64,000 bases of DNA. Source: a virus (lineage: Duplodnaviria; Caudoviricetes). The position numbers and the translations under genes are program-made. Where the stretch lies: IMG/VR virus record IMGVR_UViG_3300043567_000723; one strand, given 5' to 3'. The notes under the pieces are model-generated. The model searched no databases, was not told the DNA's origin, and was given only the letters and a program-made list of their open reading frames with translations. Of the stretch, positions 9,308 through 18,817 are shown one piece after another. The stretch's first letter is position 1, and every line of letters starts with the position of its first letter.

Positions 9308-10291
9308 ATGTTGTTAGTAGACATGGAGCCAAACTTAGAGGTAAAAGCAGCCGCGGTGACAGGAGAAGTCACGCCGGCTAAACCCAGAAAGAAACGCGCA
9401 TCTAAACACGACTTTAAAGACGGTTGCGGTCGCGTGTTTGCGCATCGACATATAAACGGCGGTGGTTGGGTTGCAGACACCGCAGTAGTAGACGATAGAG
9501 TCGAAGTAGACAAAATGGCGCAAGTGTATCATTTCGCCAAAATTACCGGCAACGTAAAAATCAAACACAGAGCGAAAGTTGGCGGAACAGCTGTGTTGCG
9601 CGATTCTGTGCAGATCTTAAACCGTGCAGAAATTTTCGGAACTGCGCGCATAGAAGAAGAAGTTGTTGTCTCAAATAACGCGTCTGTTTTCGGCGGAACA
9701 ATCTGCGGAACGACGCAAATCAAAGAAAACGCGCAGATTCGAAATAAGCCGCTTATTCGTGACAGCGTGATTAGCGGATCAACGTCGATCAACGGATACG
9801 CGTCGTTGTTTGAGGTAACGTGCGAAGAGAATGTATTTATCAGCGGAGCTGCATTTATCGCTCATTCTGGTTTGCGTGGTTATATTTCTGTCGGCGGCGA
9901 TGCACGAATAATGTATAGTCAGCTTCGGCACAGTATTTACTTGCGTAATGATGTACCAGAAGACGATCAACGCTTAAAAGTTTGTGAACACGCAACAATT
10001 TGTTCGTGTGAACATATTAACGGTTATATTGCATTTACTGGTCATTCAAACACAGTTAATTGCCATATTGCGCTTTTGGCGCCAAATAATATCCGGTTAC
10101 AAACTGACGAGCAGGCATTTTTTGCCGGGCTGCGAATAAACACGCCGGCTATGTTTAACACGTATAACGTGCCGCCAAATGCGCGACCAGCTATGGGTAG
10201 TCAGCCTATGCAGCCGCTCAACAGACCAGTCGACATGTCGGTACTTTCTCCTCCGCGTCGTCTAATGTCCGCTAACGAGGCCCCGGTATGA
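9308..10291 (+). CDS. hexapeptide-repeat (left-handed beta-helix) protein
   Basis: HRHINGGGWVADTAVV followed by repeated 6-residue units (AQVYHF, AKITGN, AKVGGT, AEIFGT, ASVFGG). Confidence 0.75.
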   Translation: MLLVDMEPNLEVKAAAVTGEVTPAKPRKKRASKHDFKDGCGRVFAHRHINGGGWVADTAVVDDRVEVDKMAQVYHFAKITGNVKIKHRAKVGGTAVLRDSVQILNRAEIFGTARIEEEVVVSNNASVFGGTICGTTQIKENAQIRNKPLIRDSVISGSTSINGYASLFEVTCEENVFISGAAFIAHSGLRGYISVGGDARIMYSQLRHSIYLRNDVPEDDQRLKVCEHATICSCEHINGYIAFTGHSNTVNCHIALLAPNNIRLQTDEQAFFAGLRINTPAMFNTYNVPPNARPAMGSQPMQPLNRPVDMSVLSPPRRLMSANEAPV

Positions 10292-10551
10292 ACATCTTTA
10301 TCCGACCAAACGGAAACGCACAATGTTTATATGGCGAAAATATCAATCTCGCCAAGTTGGGGCAACTGGATATCAAACGTGCAAGTCACGTAGAACCAAA
10401 CGAAAACAAACCCGGTGAATGGATTGCAGACTTAGCCCCTGTGGGCGGTCCGCTTTTTGAGGGTTTTGATTCTCGTGCCGCGGCTCTTGCGGCGGAAGAA
10501 AAATGGCTCAACGCAAAAATGGCGCAGTTTAATATACATGTGGTGACGTAA
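10288..10551 (+). CDS. conserved small protein of the DUF1257/DUF2997/AAA locus
   Basis: IKRASHVEP...WIADLAPVGGP...SRAAALAAEEKWL motif, recalled from planctomycete loci. Confidence 0.6.
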   Translation: MNIFIRPNGNAQCLYGENINLAKLGQLDIKRASHVEPNENKPGEWIADLAPVGGPLFEGFDSRAAALAAEEKWLNAKMAQFNIHVVT

Positions 10552-10946
10552 TGCACCCTGTAACGTGGACTGTCGAAGATTCGTCGACCTCTAATCCGCT
10601 TGGGAAGTCAGGCGAATTTGAATTTGAAGTCGATTTTATTTTTGAGCCAGAAGAACAACAAGTTCGATATGACAGTGATCTTGGTGGTTATCCGGGTAGT
10701 CCCGCGCGCGCAATTGTCTCTGACGTTTGTTGCACGCACGTGTCTTTAACTGGCGAAGAACCAAGAGAACCCGAAAAGGTAGAAAATAAAAAACTGCAAC
10801 AGTGGTTTTTTGATTGGCTAGAACAACATCCAAAAGAAGAGAACGCGTTGTGCTCGCGTGCACTTAAACTCAATGACCCGTCTAACGATGTGACAGACTG
10901 GGAAATAGAGGCTGAAGAGCGCGACCGCTTAGATGATTATTTTTAG
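10551..10946 (+). CDS. acidic hypothetical protein
   Basis: Intact ORF; TAATG overlap. Confidence 0.6.
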   Translation: MHPVTWTVEDSSTSNPLGKSGEFEFEVDFIFEPEEQQVRYDSDLGGYPGSPARAIVSDVCCTHVSLTGEEPREPEKVENKKLQQWFFDWLEQHPKEENALCSRALKLNDPSNDVTDWEIEAEERDRLDDYF

Positions 10947-10954
10947 TTTTGGAT

Positions 10955-11099
10955 ACCCCGCCGGTAGGATTGCCGGCAAATTTGGGGTTGCATAAAAATT
11001 CGAATCGGCTATACACATGTAGCCGTGCAATACTGCGACGCACACTTGGTGGAACCAACGTGCGCCGCATTTGAAAAACGGACGCGTGTCCGTTTTCAA
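10955..11099 (+). promoter_or_regulatory. four-hairpin structured 5' leader
   Basis: Stems: GCCGGTA/TGCCGGC inside ACCCC/GGGGT (10955-10988); CGGCTA/TAGCCG (11006-11025); TGCG.CGCAC..TTGG/CCAA.GTGCG.CGCA (11034-11069); TTGAAAAACGGAC/GTCCGTTTTCAA (11071-11099). Confidence 0.5.
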
Positions 11100-11123
11100 T
11101 GTTCGGTGGTTTTAAAGGAGTTC

Positions 11124-11459
11124 ATGATGAAGTCTTTCTTTGCTGCTTTTGTTCTTTCTTTCGTCTCGTTCGTTTCGGCGGCCTCTGCCGGCGAGGGCCC
11201 GCAGAGCGTGCTCCAGCAGCCAACGGTTGCTGAGTCCGTTGCTGCGGCTCCGGCCTGTGAGACCGTCGTTGCGAGCCAGCCCGCCGTGGTTTGCGCTTCT
11301 GGCAACTGCCAGCGGCTCTACACCGCGGACACCAAGTCCACCGAGAGCTGTCGGAATCGGCTGTTCGGTGGTAAGGTGGTGAAGAAGGTAAGCCGTACGG
11401 TTGTTCGTCCGGTTCGTGAGCGCGCTCGCGACTGCGGCGGCAACTGCGCTTGCCGTTGA
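11124..11459 (+). CDS. secreted Cys-rich small protein with signal peptide
   Basis: AAGGAG SD at 11115-11120; MMKSFFAAFVLSFVSFVSAASA signal peptide; CASGNC and CGGNCAC motifs. Confidence 0.75.
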   Translation: MMKSFFAAFVLSFVSFVSAASAGEGPQSVLQQPTVAESVAAAPACETVVASQPAVVCASGNCQRLYTADTKSTESCRNRLFGGKVVKKVSRTVVRPVRERARDCGGNCACR

Positions 11460-11488
11460 ACATCTGACAGCATTTAGGCAGTACGCCA

Positions 11489-11527
11489 AGGAGGGCGTCG
11501 AGCTTGCTCGGCGCCCTCCTGCTTTTT
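11489..11527 (+). terminator. intrinsic terminator
   Basis: AGGAGGGCGTCGAG-CTTG-CTCGGCGCCCTCCT followed by GCTTTTT. Confidence 0.8.
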
Positions 11528-11540
11528 ACAAGGATACAGA

Positions 11541-11765
11541 ATGAAATACTACTGCGTGCGAATCAATGTGACGTCTACGGAAGAATATCTAGTTGCCGCT
11601 GAAGATATCAATGCAGCCAGTTTGATTGCCGGCGATCTTGACCCTAGAAACGCCAACGACGCCGACGCATTTATGACACGCGAATACCAAAATACGAGCA
11701 CAGATATTTCCGAGGTTGACAGCGCTGTGTGGGAAGAAGAAAAACTCAATCGGGGGATCAAATAA
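11541..11765 (+). CDS. hypothetical protein
   Basis: AAGGA upstream; intact ORF. Confidence 0.6.
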   Translation: MKYYCVRINVTSTEEYLVAAEDINAASLIAGDLDPRNANDADAFMTREYQNTSTDISEVDSAVWEEEKLNRGIK

Positions 11766-12274
11766 TGGGTATTGATATTTATTTGGAATGGGACAACATG
11801 TCCGAAGAGGACCGGAAAGCGCAAGCTACCGGATTTTCGATCACATCTGGAAATGTTGGCTATTTGCGAGAAGCGTACCACGGCGGGCCATACGCCACGC
11901 GTATCCTTGTGCGTGAAGCGTTTGAGGCCGACAACTGTAAAGCGCCTATTCCAGCCGCAATAATGCGCGAGCGGCTAACCAGCCTGACAGAACCTGATTA
12001 CGGAGCTACCGGCGGACACAAGCTTGCCGCCGCGGTAGTTGAGCTACTCAGCAGTATGAACGGGCCAGACGACAATCACACGTTTGTTCAAGCAGATACG
12101 ACACGCCCGATGAGCGTAGAAGAAGCTGTACGCGAACGTATGCGCCGGTTATACCCCGACGCTACACCAGACTTTGTCAACGAGGTTGTTGAGTCGTTTC
12201 GTGCGTTTGTCGCACTCGCAGAAGACAAGGAAAAAAAGACTGGCAAACCATGCACCGTGTTGGCGTCTTATTGA
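11765..12274 (+). CDS. hypothetical protein
   Basis: TAATG-coupled start MGIDIYL, in the frame of track ORF 11729. Confidence 0.6.
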   Translation: MGIDIYLEWDNMSEEDRKAQATGFSITSGNVGYLREAYHGGPYATRILVREAFEADNCKAPIPAAIMRERLTSLTEPDYGATGGHKLAAAVVELLSSMNGPDDNHTFVQADTTRPMSVEEAVRERMRRLYPDATPDFVNEVVESFRAFVALAEDKEKKTGKPCTVLASY

Positions 12275-12280
12275 GCAATC

Positions 12281-12730
12281 ATGGCAAAAACTAAAACAAC
12301 AAAAACCCCGGTTGAGCAGATTAAAGATTTTTGCACTGTGCTTCATGCGTTTGGCGTTTCACGCGTTGAAGCTGAGTACTGCGGCAGCGGAGACTCCGGC
12401 GATTTTGACACGATAATGTACGACTTTAATGATACCTCTGCCGCAAATACATCGCAGATAAGAGACACGGGCGTGGCTCCGCACAATTCACCACTGCGAA
12501 TGGTGCACAAGGACGGTCTCCTAGAAAAATTAAATAACCCCGGCGGAGACATCATTACAAAAAAAAAGTTAGATGTGTTCGAAAATAACTTGTTTCATTT
12601 GCTGCCCGGTGGTTGGGAAATAGATTCCGGTAGTTTTGGCAGCATTGTCGTCGACGTGGCAAGGAAGACAATTCACGTCCATCACAACGAACGAATCGAA
12701 GAAGTAAATTCAACAACATATGATTTCTAA
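12281..12730 (+). CDS. DUF6878-like protein
   Basis: VEAEYCGSGDSGD...GWEIDSGSFG...IHVHHNER pattern. Confidence 0.6.
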   Translation: MAKTKTTKTPVEQIKDFCTVLHAFGVSRVEAEYCGSGDSGDFDTIMYDFNDTSAANTSQIRDTGVAPHNSPLRMVHKDGLLEKLNNPGGDIITKKKLDVFENNLFHLLPGGWEIDSGSFGSIVVDVARKTIHVHHNERIEEVNSTTYDF

Positions 12731-12975
12731 TGCCACGTAAATTTTCGCCTGACCTGCATTGCGCTACGGTCACAGTTCTTGAGTTTATTCGCGTTGCGGT
12801 AACGCATTTTCCGAAAACAACGGACAAGATCCTTACACATATGGATCTATCCGACGAGGGTTTTGACGAAGAAATCGACGTGCTCGAAAACATGCTGGCG
12901 GCCGCTGACGAGAAGGACAAAAAGCACGAACGAATTGTGCCGCGGCTGGCAGAGCAAAAAGAGGACGAAGATTAA
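12730..12975 (+). CDS. hypothetical protein
   Basis: TAATG overlap. Confidence 0.55.
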   Translation: MPRKFSPDLHCATVTVLEFIRVAVTHFPKTTDKILTHMDLSDEGFDEEIDVLENMLAAADEKDKKHERIVPRLAEQKEDED

Positions 12976-12995
12976 ACAAGAAAGACAACACAACC

Positions 12996-13271
12996 ATGAC
13001 ACCCGGAACACAGTATCGCGTAATCAAGCCTGATGCTCGATTGCAGTGGTGGAAGCCTTGTGGGCCCAACTGTCAGCAGGGCGCAAGCCTAAAGCTGGCC
13101 GTCGGCGACATCATTACATACGAACGTAACGCGTATGGCGGCGGGAGCGACGACGTTAATTACGACTACTTCAGCAAAGACGGCAAGTGCGGCGCGTTCT
13201 GGCCTAACAACTGGGGCTCGTGCGACAAGAGTTTCTTTGAGCCCGTAGATGAACCTGTCGGTGCCGCATGA
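12996..13271 (+). CDS. hypothetical protein
   Basis: Intact ORF in run. Confidence 0.55.
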   Translation: MTPGTQYRVIKPDARLQWWKPCGPNCQQGASLKLAVGDIITYERNAYGGGSDDVNYDYFSKDGKCGAFWPNNWGSCDKSFFEPVDEPVGAA

Positions 13272-13477
13272 CTATAGACGACGCAATTAGAAACCTAGAG
13301 TCGGCCAAACGCGGCGGCACAAAAAGCATCATCCTTGCGTGGTGGTCAGCCGATATGTTTGACCGAGAAGATAACGACGAATGGGAACACGCCACCGAAG
13401 TCGTTGAGGACAAAATGGATTGGTCAGCTGCGCACAGCGATTTACATCAAGTTCTTGACCTTTACACAAACGAATAA
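13268..13477 (+). CDS. hypothetical protein
   Basis: ATGA overlap. Confidence 0.55.
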   Translation: MTIDDAIRNLESAKRGGTKSIILAWWSADMFDREDNDEWEHATEVVEDKMDWSAAHSDLHQVLDLYTNE

Positions 13478-13947
13478 TGAACGTGCACAAACAACTGTGC
13501 ACACCAACTGGCGTGCAAGAAGCGGCTAAAGAATGGTGGGATTGCAACGTCTCCACAGAAATAGCAGAAAAGCTCAGCGCAAAGTACGTAAAACAGCGCA
13601 AAAAACCGATGGAAGCAAGTATTAAAACCGGCAGCACAAATAGCGCGTTGGCCGGCGGCCACCTTGTTTGGCTTAAAAATATGTTAAACGAAGCCGGTTT
13701 ATTGCCGGTGTCGGGCTCGCCGCCGCCGGACGATAAAGCTGTTGCCGTGACAGCTGTTTTGCACGTTGGTTTTATTACGCTTGCTGAAACCGAAAAGATG
13801 ATTGAGCGACTTCAAAACGAAGAACAGCTTGAAGAAACAAACGCGCCGGCCAGATCAAAGATATTTAAAACAGCACAAAAACAAACAATCACACCGATTG
13901 ATGCAACGGCTAGCATAGTGACGCACAGTACGCAAGAAGACAAATAA
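13477..13947 (+). CDS. hypothetical protein
   Basis: TAATG overlap. Confidence 0.55.
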   Translation: MNVHKQLCTPTGVQEAAKEWWDCNVSTEIAEKLSAKYVKQRKKPMEASIKTGSTNSALAGGHLVWLKNMLNEAGLLPVSGSPPPDDKAVAVTAVLHVGFITLAETEKMIERLQNEEQLEETNAPARSKIFKTAQKQTITPIDATASIVTHSTQEDK

Positions 13948-13957
13948 AGGACGAATA

Positions 13958-14341
13958 ATGGCACACCCATATCACCACGCACTGTCGTCAGTACGCAAGT
14001 GGGGCGGCTGCGTAGAAGACTACCAGCCAATCCACGACTGGTTCGATGAGTCCAAAGCGCACATGGCTGATTTCAGACACAGGGCGCTCAGGCATCATTC
14101 CGAAGGGATTTTCTTATCAGAAAAAATCTTTGGCAAAACAATCACAAATAGCGACGGCCGCGTTGTGCCCGTCCGGTACGTTGGCGAGCAACACGTAAAC
14201 GAAGACCTTGGTCGAATTCCGTCAGTCGCGGACTGGCTGCGCTGCATTCGTCCTAGCGACGACGCCGCGTGGATGTTTGGTCGCGGTAAAAACCTAGAGA
14301 AGGAGTTAGCTGATGCCGATTTGTCGGTTCAAAGCGTCTGA
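13958..14341 (+). CDS. DUF6915-like protein
   Basis: MAHPYHHALSSVRKWGG...IHDWFDESK...HRALRHHSEGIF...VGEQHVNEDLGRIPSVADWL. Confidence 0.75.
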   Translation: MAHPYHHALSSVRKWGGCVEDYQPIHDWFDESKAHMADFRHRALRHHSEGIFLSEKIFGKTITNSDGRVVPVRYVGEQHVNEDLGRIPSVADWLRCIRPSDDAAWMFGRGKNLEKELADADLSVQSV

Positions 14342-14777
14342 GCTAAAGCGCTGCATTAATCACGCCCGCGCATCGACAGAATGGGAAATGGGTTACGAAA
14401 ATATGACTGACGAGCAGTTAGCAGAAGTTGGTTTACCGCCAATAGCGAATCGCACGCCAGTCGGCCCGTGTCTTTTATTTGTGCACGATAGCGGTGTGTA
14501 CCTGATGAGCAACGGTATTCCGCGAGACTTAGATGAAAGCGAACGGCGAGAAAAGTCATACGCTGTATACGCCGAAGATTGTAACCCGATACACAACGAA
14601 GACTGCTGGGAAACTAGCCGCGCATTAGTTGGCGGCGACGACTTTGTGGAAACAATTCCGATTCCTAAAAGCTGGCTAGATGCCTGCGATCAGTTTGAAA
14701 CGTTTGAAATTAAGATTGACAACGCCGTCATAGATTGCGGCTTTGCTGACCCCATCCTTTCTTCTCCAACTAATTAA
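14313..14777 (+). CDS. DUF3085-like protein
   Basis: LLFVHDSGVYLMSNG...VYAEDCNP...GGDDFVE. Confidence 0.75.
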   Translation: MPICRFKASELKRCINHARASTEWEMGYENMTDEQLAEVGLPPIANRTPVGPCLLFVHDSGVYLMSNGIPRDLDESERREKSYAVYAEDCNPIHNEDCWETSRALVGGDDFVETIPIPKSWLDACDQFETFEIKIDNAVIDCGFADPILSSPTN

Positions 14778-14778
14778 C

Positions 14779-16206
14779 ATGAAGTCCAAAATTTCCAAGG
14801 CTCACCGCGCAATTGTACGAAACACGCTTGATCGCTGGGTGCAGAACTTAACAGACGGAACGCCTGACGTTCATAAAGCTGAAGAATATCTTCGCGCTGG
14901 TTACAACAACGGTATTGGCTCGTTTCGCCGAGACAAATACAAGAAAATGGACGTGGATTTTCATGTAGTCCCGTCACCTATTGCATTTATGATTGCCGTA
15001 ACTGTAGCGCGTGGGCGTATGAGCAAACGGGCAGGAAAAGATCTGTGTCACGAGCTGGGCATTGAGTCCGGGTTTCTACGAGATATTCACCGAGACTCGT
15101 TGCTGAAGTGGAACCCGGAGACTAGCCGTTGGCGGCAAGAAGCAAACAACGAATTTACGCGTACGTGGCTCAGGGCTATTCGAGAAGAATATTTGTCTGA
15201 CGAACAATTGGTAGCGTCGGTCAATGGCGTAGCGCGACGATGGTGGCGAAATAGCAACCGGGATGACAATCTTGTGCAGATGATGTACCGCACAAATGAC
15301 CTAGCGCAGGTTATACCAATACTGCACTCGCTTCTTAATGACTCTCTTGGCTTAGAGAAAGTAAATCAGACTGCGCGATCGTGGGACGGTCGTCAGACTA
15401 CTTTCCAACGTTCCAAGGCAGAAAGTCGCCGCAACGAGCTAGTTAATAAAATCATCTGGGACAGCGGTACGACCAGAGGATCGCTTGGAGAGTTGCGGCG
15501 CGCTGTCGATATAAACGATCTTATGCGGGCGGACACAAGCGATAACGTAAATCCGTGGTTAGGTTCAGTGCCGAAAGCTGTTGACGCAGAAATCCTCTGC
15601 AAAATTCTAAAGATTGACGACGCTGAAATGACGTGGGAGCATGAAGTGTTTCATCACTGCACAGCTTTTGCAGCGTTTCAGCGGTCGTGCATTGTTTTAT
15701 CCGCGCGTCCGCAACTCAGCATGAACGAAGAAGGTAATTTGCATAATACAACTGGCCCGGCTGTGTCGTGGGCTGATGGCACACAGCTCTGGTACAACGA
15801 CGGTCACTACCTCAACGAATGCGGCAAGCGTATTGTCGCTGAACCACATAAGCTGTCGACGGCGCATATTCTTGAGATTAACAACGAAGAAACACGCCGA
15901 GTTGCCATTGAAAAGTTTGGATGGGATCGTTTTATCGCAGAAGCTGATTGTCCAGTTATTGATCGCCGTGTAAATGACATTGATAACACAATCGAAATGC
16001 TGGTCGGCCCACCCCGCGCTGATGAGGGTCGCGCCCGTCAAAACCGAATGGTTCTGTTCTGTCGGTCAACCGGTCGCCGTTACTTTTTAGGCGTACCGCG
16101 AAACGTTGAATCGTGCGAGGCGGCTCAGACGTGGATGTCTGATTCTGGTAGCAACCCGCTTATTCCCTATTCGGCCATGCCAATGCGGCTGGTCGGAGCA
16201 TCGTGA
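14779..16206 (+). CDS. DUF6745-domain protein
   Basis: C-terminal LHNTTGPAVSWADG..LWYNDG...INNEETRRVAIEKFGWDRF...CRSTGRRYFLGVP..VESCEAAQTW. The ATG at 14779 is in frame with the track ORF. Confidence 0.65.
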   Translation: MKSKISKAHRAIVRNTLDRWVQNLTDGTPDVHKAEEYLRAGYNNGIGSFRRDKYKKMDVDFHVVPSPIAFMIAVTVARGRMSKRAGKDLCHELGIESGFLRDIHRDSLLKWNPETSRWRQEANNEFTRTWLRAIREEYLSDEQLVASVNGVARRWWRNSNRDDNLVQMMYRTNDLAQVIPILHSLLNDSLGLEKVNQTARSWDGRQTTFQRSKAESRRNELVNKIIWDSGTTRGSLGELRRAVDINDLMRADTSDNVNPWLGSVPKAVDAEILCKILKIDDAEMTWEHEVFHHCTAFAAFQRSCIVLSARPQLSMNEEGNLHNTTGPAVSWADGTQLWYNDGHYLNECGKRIVAEPHKLSTAHILEINNEETRRVAIEKFGWDRFIAEADCPVIDRRVNDIDNTIEMLVGPPRADEGRARQNRMVLFCRSTGRRYFLGVPRNVESCEAAQTWMSDSGSNPLIPYSAMPMRLVGAS

Positions 16207-16226
16207 TTTTCACAGGAGTTTTAGAC

Positions 16227-16844
16227 ATGAGTACTGCAGTTCTCGACGATCGCACCATCAACCACCCGGCTGTCCTCGCTTTGCGTGAGGCGCAGGCTAC
16301 GGTGGAAAGTATTAAGAATGACGCGCCGCAGTATTTCCCGGAGGCTGCGAGCGTTGGCGACGCCGTTCGGCAGGGCGACATCTATATCCAGCTCATCGAG
16401 CCGGTGACCAAGACGCCGTTTTTATACCGCAACGCCTTTCCAACGTTCCCAATGCAGCTGGCTGACGGTAACACCAAGGGCAGCCGACACTGCCTTGCGC
16501 GCGGTAACGGCGTTACGGTGTACGCCCCGGTTGGCGTTAACAGCTTAGAAATGCTGTCGGACGTTGCTGCGCAATTTGGTATCAAGCCGTCAGATGTCGA
16601 CTGGACCACAAAGCTACGCAACGCCGAGTGGGAAGAACGTCGTACGGCTTCACCGCAGAAGAACACACATACCGTGAATGCCGCGCAAATGCTCACGTTT
16701 GCCGGACCGATCTTCAACCTGACGGAAACTAACACTGTAACGCACCCTGAGCACGGGGACTGGATTCTGCCGCCCGGCTCATACCGTGTCACTTATCAGC
16801 GAACCGTGGCGCGTGACAACACGGTCACGCGAGTCCTCGACTGA
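16227..16844 (+). CDS. conserved partner of DUF6745 proteins
   Basis: AGGAG SD; VRQGDIY...GSRH...VTHPEHG..ILPPGSYRVTYQR motif. Confidence 0.6.
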   Translation: MSTAVLDDRTINHPAVLALREAQATVESIKNDAPQYFPEAASVGDAVRQGDIYIQLIEPVTKTPFLYRNAFPTFPMQLADGNTKGSRHCLARGNGVTVYAPVGVNSLEMLSDVAAQFGIKPSDVDWTTKLRNAEWEERRTASPQKNTHTVNAAQMLTFAGPIFNLTETNTVTHPEHGDWILPPGSYRVTYQRTVARDNTVTRVLD

Positions 16845-16865
16845 TAGATATCTAAATGCAACCAC

Positions 16866-16902
16866 ACCCGGACGGTAGCCTCAAAAACTACCGTCCGGGT
16901 TT
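16866..16902 (+). terminator. perfect 13-bp hairpin
   Basis: ACCCGGACGGTAG / CTACCGTCCGGGT followed by TT. Confidence 0.6.
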
Positions 16903-16918
16903 ATCTAAGAGTAGACGA

Positions 16919-17293
16919 ATGACAAAAACAGAAATGCTTTGGACAGACGTATCGCCGGACGTAGTAAAAGCAGCCGCAGAACTGTGTGACGGGCACAGCA
17001 TCTTTGACCCGGAAGCGCTGCGGGAAGTTGGCGTGCCACCAGCACTAGTCGAGCGCTTTACCGAGATCTTTGAGAGCGATTTCAGCAATCCAAAGGCCAC
17101 GATCTTTGATAACAAAACCGGTAAGCCGGTCAATCAGATGAGCGGCGTCTACGGCTACAACGTGCTGTCGGGAATGGTTCGCGACTTGCAGCTACTGTGT
17201 GCACCAAAGTTTGGGCGCGGGTTTCAAGCTGAAGTATGGAAAAAAGCAATTTTTGACTACTGTGACGGCGCAAAGCCGGCGGAGAATTTATGA
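16919..17293 (+). CDS. hypothetical protein
   Basis: The ATG after the hairpin is in frame with track ORF 16856. Confidence 0.6.
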   Translation: MTKTEMLWTDVSPDVVKAAAELCDGHSIFDPEALREVGVPPALVERFTEIFESDFSNPKATIFDNKTGKPVNQMSGVYGYNVLSGMVRDLQLLCAPKFGRGFQAEVWKKAIFDYCDGAKPAENL

Positions 17294-17757
17294 ACGAGGC
17301 CGACCTGCAACTGCAATACATGGTGGCGAATAAAGAACCCGTAACAGCAGAAGTTATAGAAGCATTAATCTTGCGAGCTTTTGCGAATCACTTCTGCGAC
17401 GTGGATAACGCAGAGACGGCTGGCAACGTTATTTCCAGTTTATGCGGCTGCCTGTGCGACATGCGGCTTGGCGAAGCTTACGCAGCCGGCGAAGAACAAG
17501 AAACAGTTGTTGAGACGCAAATCCTAAGTGGCTCAGACGCAGAAACATGCTACTGCAACGAAGTTATTCGGCTGTACTGTGAGCGCGGGTTTGACAGGCT
17601 GTACGCCGAAGAATCTGCATCATGGCCAGATGTACTTCCAATGAGCAGCGAATATCTAGAAAACACGCTGCACAAGCTGGCAGCACTAGAAGTTGGGCAT
17701 GACCTTATCGTGCTTGATTACCTTCGCGCAACGGCAGCACGTAAACGTAAAGGTTAA
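17290..17757 (+). CDS. hypothetical protein
   Basis: ATGA overlap. Confidence 0.55.
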   Translation: MNEADLQLQYMVANKEPVTAEVIEALILRAFANHFCDVDNAETAGNVISSLCGCLCDMRLGEAYAAGEEQETVVETQILSGSDAETCYCNEVIRLYCERGFDRLYAEESASWPDVLPMSSEYLENTLHKLAALEVGHDLIVLDYLRATAARKRKG

Positions 17758-17759
17758 AA

Positions 17760-18032
17760 ATGGTCTCGATAAATAGTAATTTTGAATTAGATCATCCGTC
17801 TGACGACGTTTTGGAATTCTGCAAAAACATCGTGCGCGTTATTGCGGACGGCGGTGTGTGGGGAATTCCAAGATCTAACACAATCTTTCGTTTAGACCAC
17901 AAAAACAAACGACTGGTACTTATAAACGCCGGCAACGACGATGACGCAGATTTTCTTGCAACGCAGCGAGTATTTAAACACATTGGCTGGGACGTAGTAG
18001 AAAAAGAAGACCATGGAACAACAAAATCATGA
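17760..18032 (+). CDS. hypothetical protein
   Basis: Intact ORF in run. Confidence 0.55.
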   Translation: MVSINSNFELDHPSDDVLEFCKNIVRVIADGGVWGIPRSNTIFRLDHKNKRLVLINAGNDDDADFLATQRVFKHIGWDVVEKEDHGTTKS

Positions 18033-18543
18033 ATTGCTTGGTCTCGTTGTAGCCCGGCAACGCGCTCTTTGTGACGCGCTACGAAATACAGAGAAGAAAG
18101 AAGAAGACCAACTAGCTTTGCGGCACGCAGCGTTTATAGATACATGCCTGCCGCAAATATGGAATAGCATAATCGCGCTAGACATTCTTGTGCCGCACTA
18201 TAATGACGACAGGCGCGCGCTTACAATCCCGGCGCGGCGTTACGGTCGTTATGTACGCGCAAATGACGTCATTGTTGGGATTACGCTTAAACGGCACGGC
18301 GGCGGAGAAGCCACGTGGAAATGTCGTCGAACCAAGAGCGGCGAGATTAAATATATGGGCGATCTTGTAGAGGTTGACGACCGTTTAGAGTGCAACAAAG
18401 AATTTACAAAACAGCAATTTGAGCAGACGTTTATAAATCACGTCGCGCAGATTATCCCAGTTGATAAGCTGGAACACATCGAACCAGTTGACACAATTGA
18501 AAAGAAAGGGCGGCGTCGCGTTTTAGCGCCGCTAGCGCAGTAG
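18013..18543 (+). CDS. hypothetical protein
   Basis: Intact ORF in run. Confidence 0.55.
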   Translation: MEQQNHELLGLVVARQRALCDALRNTEKKEEDQLALRHAAFIDTCLPQIWNSIIALDILVPHYNDDRRALTIPARRYGRYVRANDVIVGITLKRHGGGEATWKCRRTKSGEIKYMGDLVEVDDRLECNKEFTKQQFEQTFINHVAQIIPVDKLEHIEPVDTIEKKGRRRVLAPLAQ

Positions 18544-18544
18544 C

Positions 18545-18817
18545 ATGAAACTGACAGAGCAAGAAACGCAGTTAGTTTATCAATTGTTGCGCGTTTCAAA
18601 TGCAGCGGTAAGCAAACACAAAATCGAGCTAATCCGCCAATACATTAAAGACACCAAAAACGACGAATGCGCGGATTCAGCGGAATTAGACGCCACATTT
18701 GACTTCCACGAAAAAATATGGCAACTTCTCCAAAAAGTTGAAAAACGCGTAAAAAACAGCGACAAAAAATCGTTGAATAAGAAACCAAGGAACGGTAATC
18801 GTGAGAGACGAACTTGA
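18545..18817 (+). CDS. hypothetical protein
   Basis: Intact ORF in run. Confidence 0.55.
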   Translation: MKLTEQETQLVYQLLRVSNAAVSKHKIELIRQYIKDTKNDECADSAELDATFDFHEKIWQLLQKVEKRVKNSDKKSLNKKPRNGNRERRT

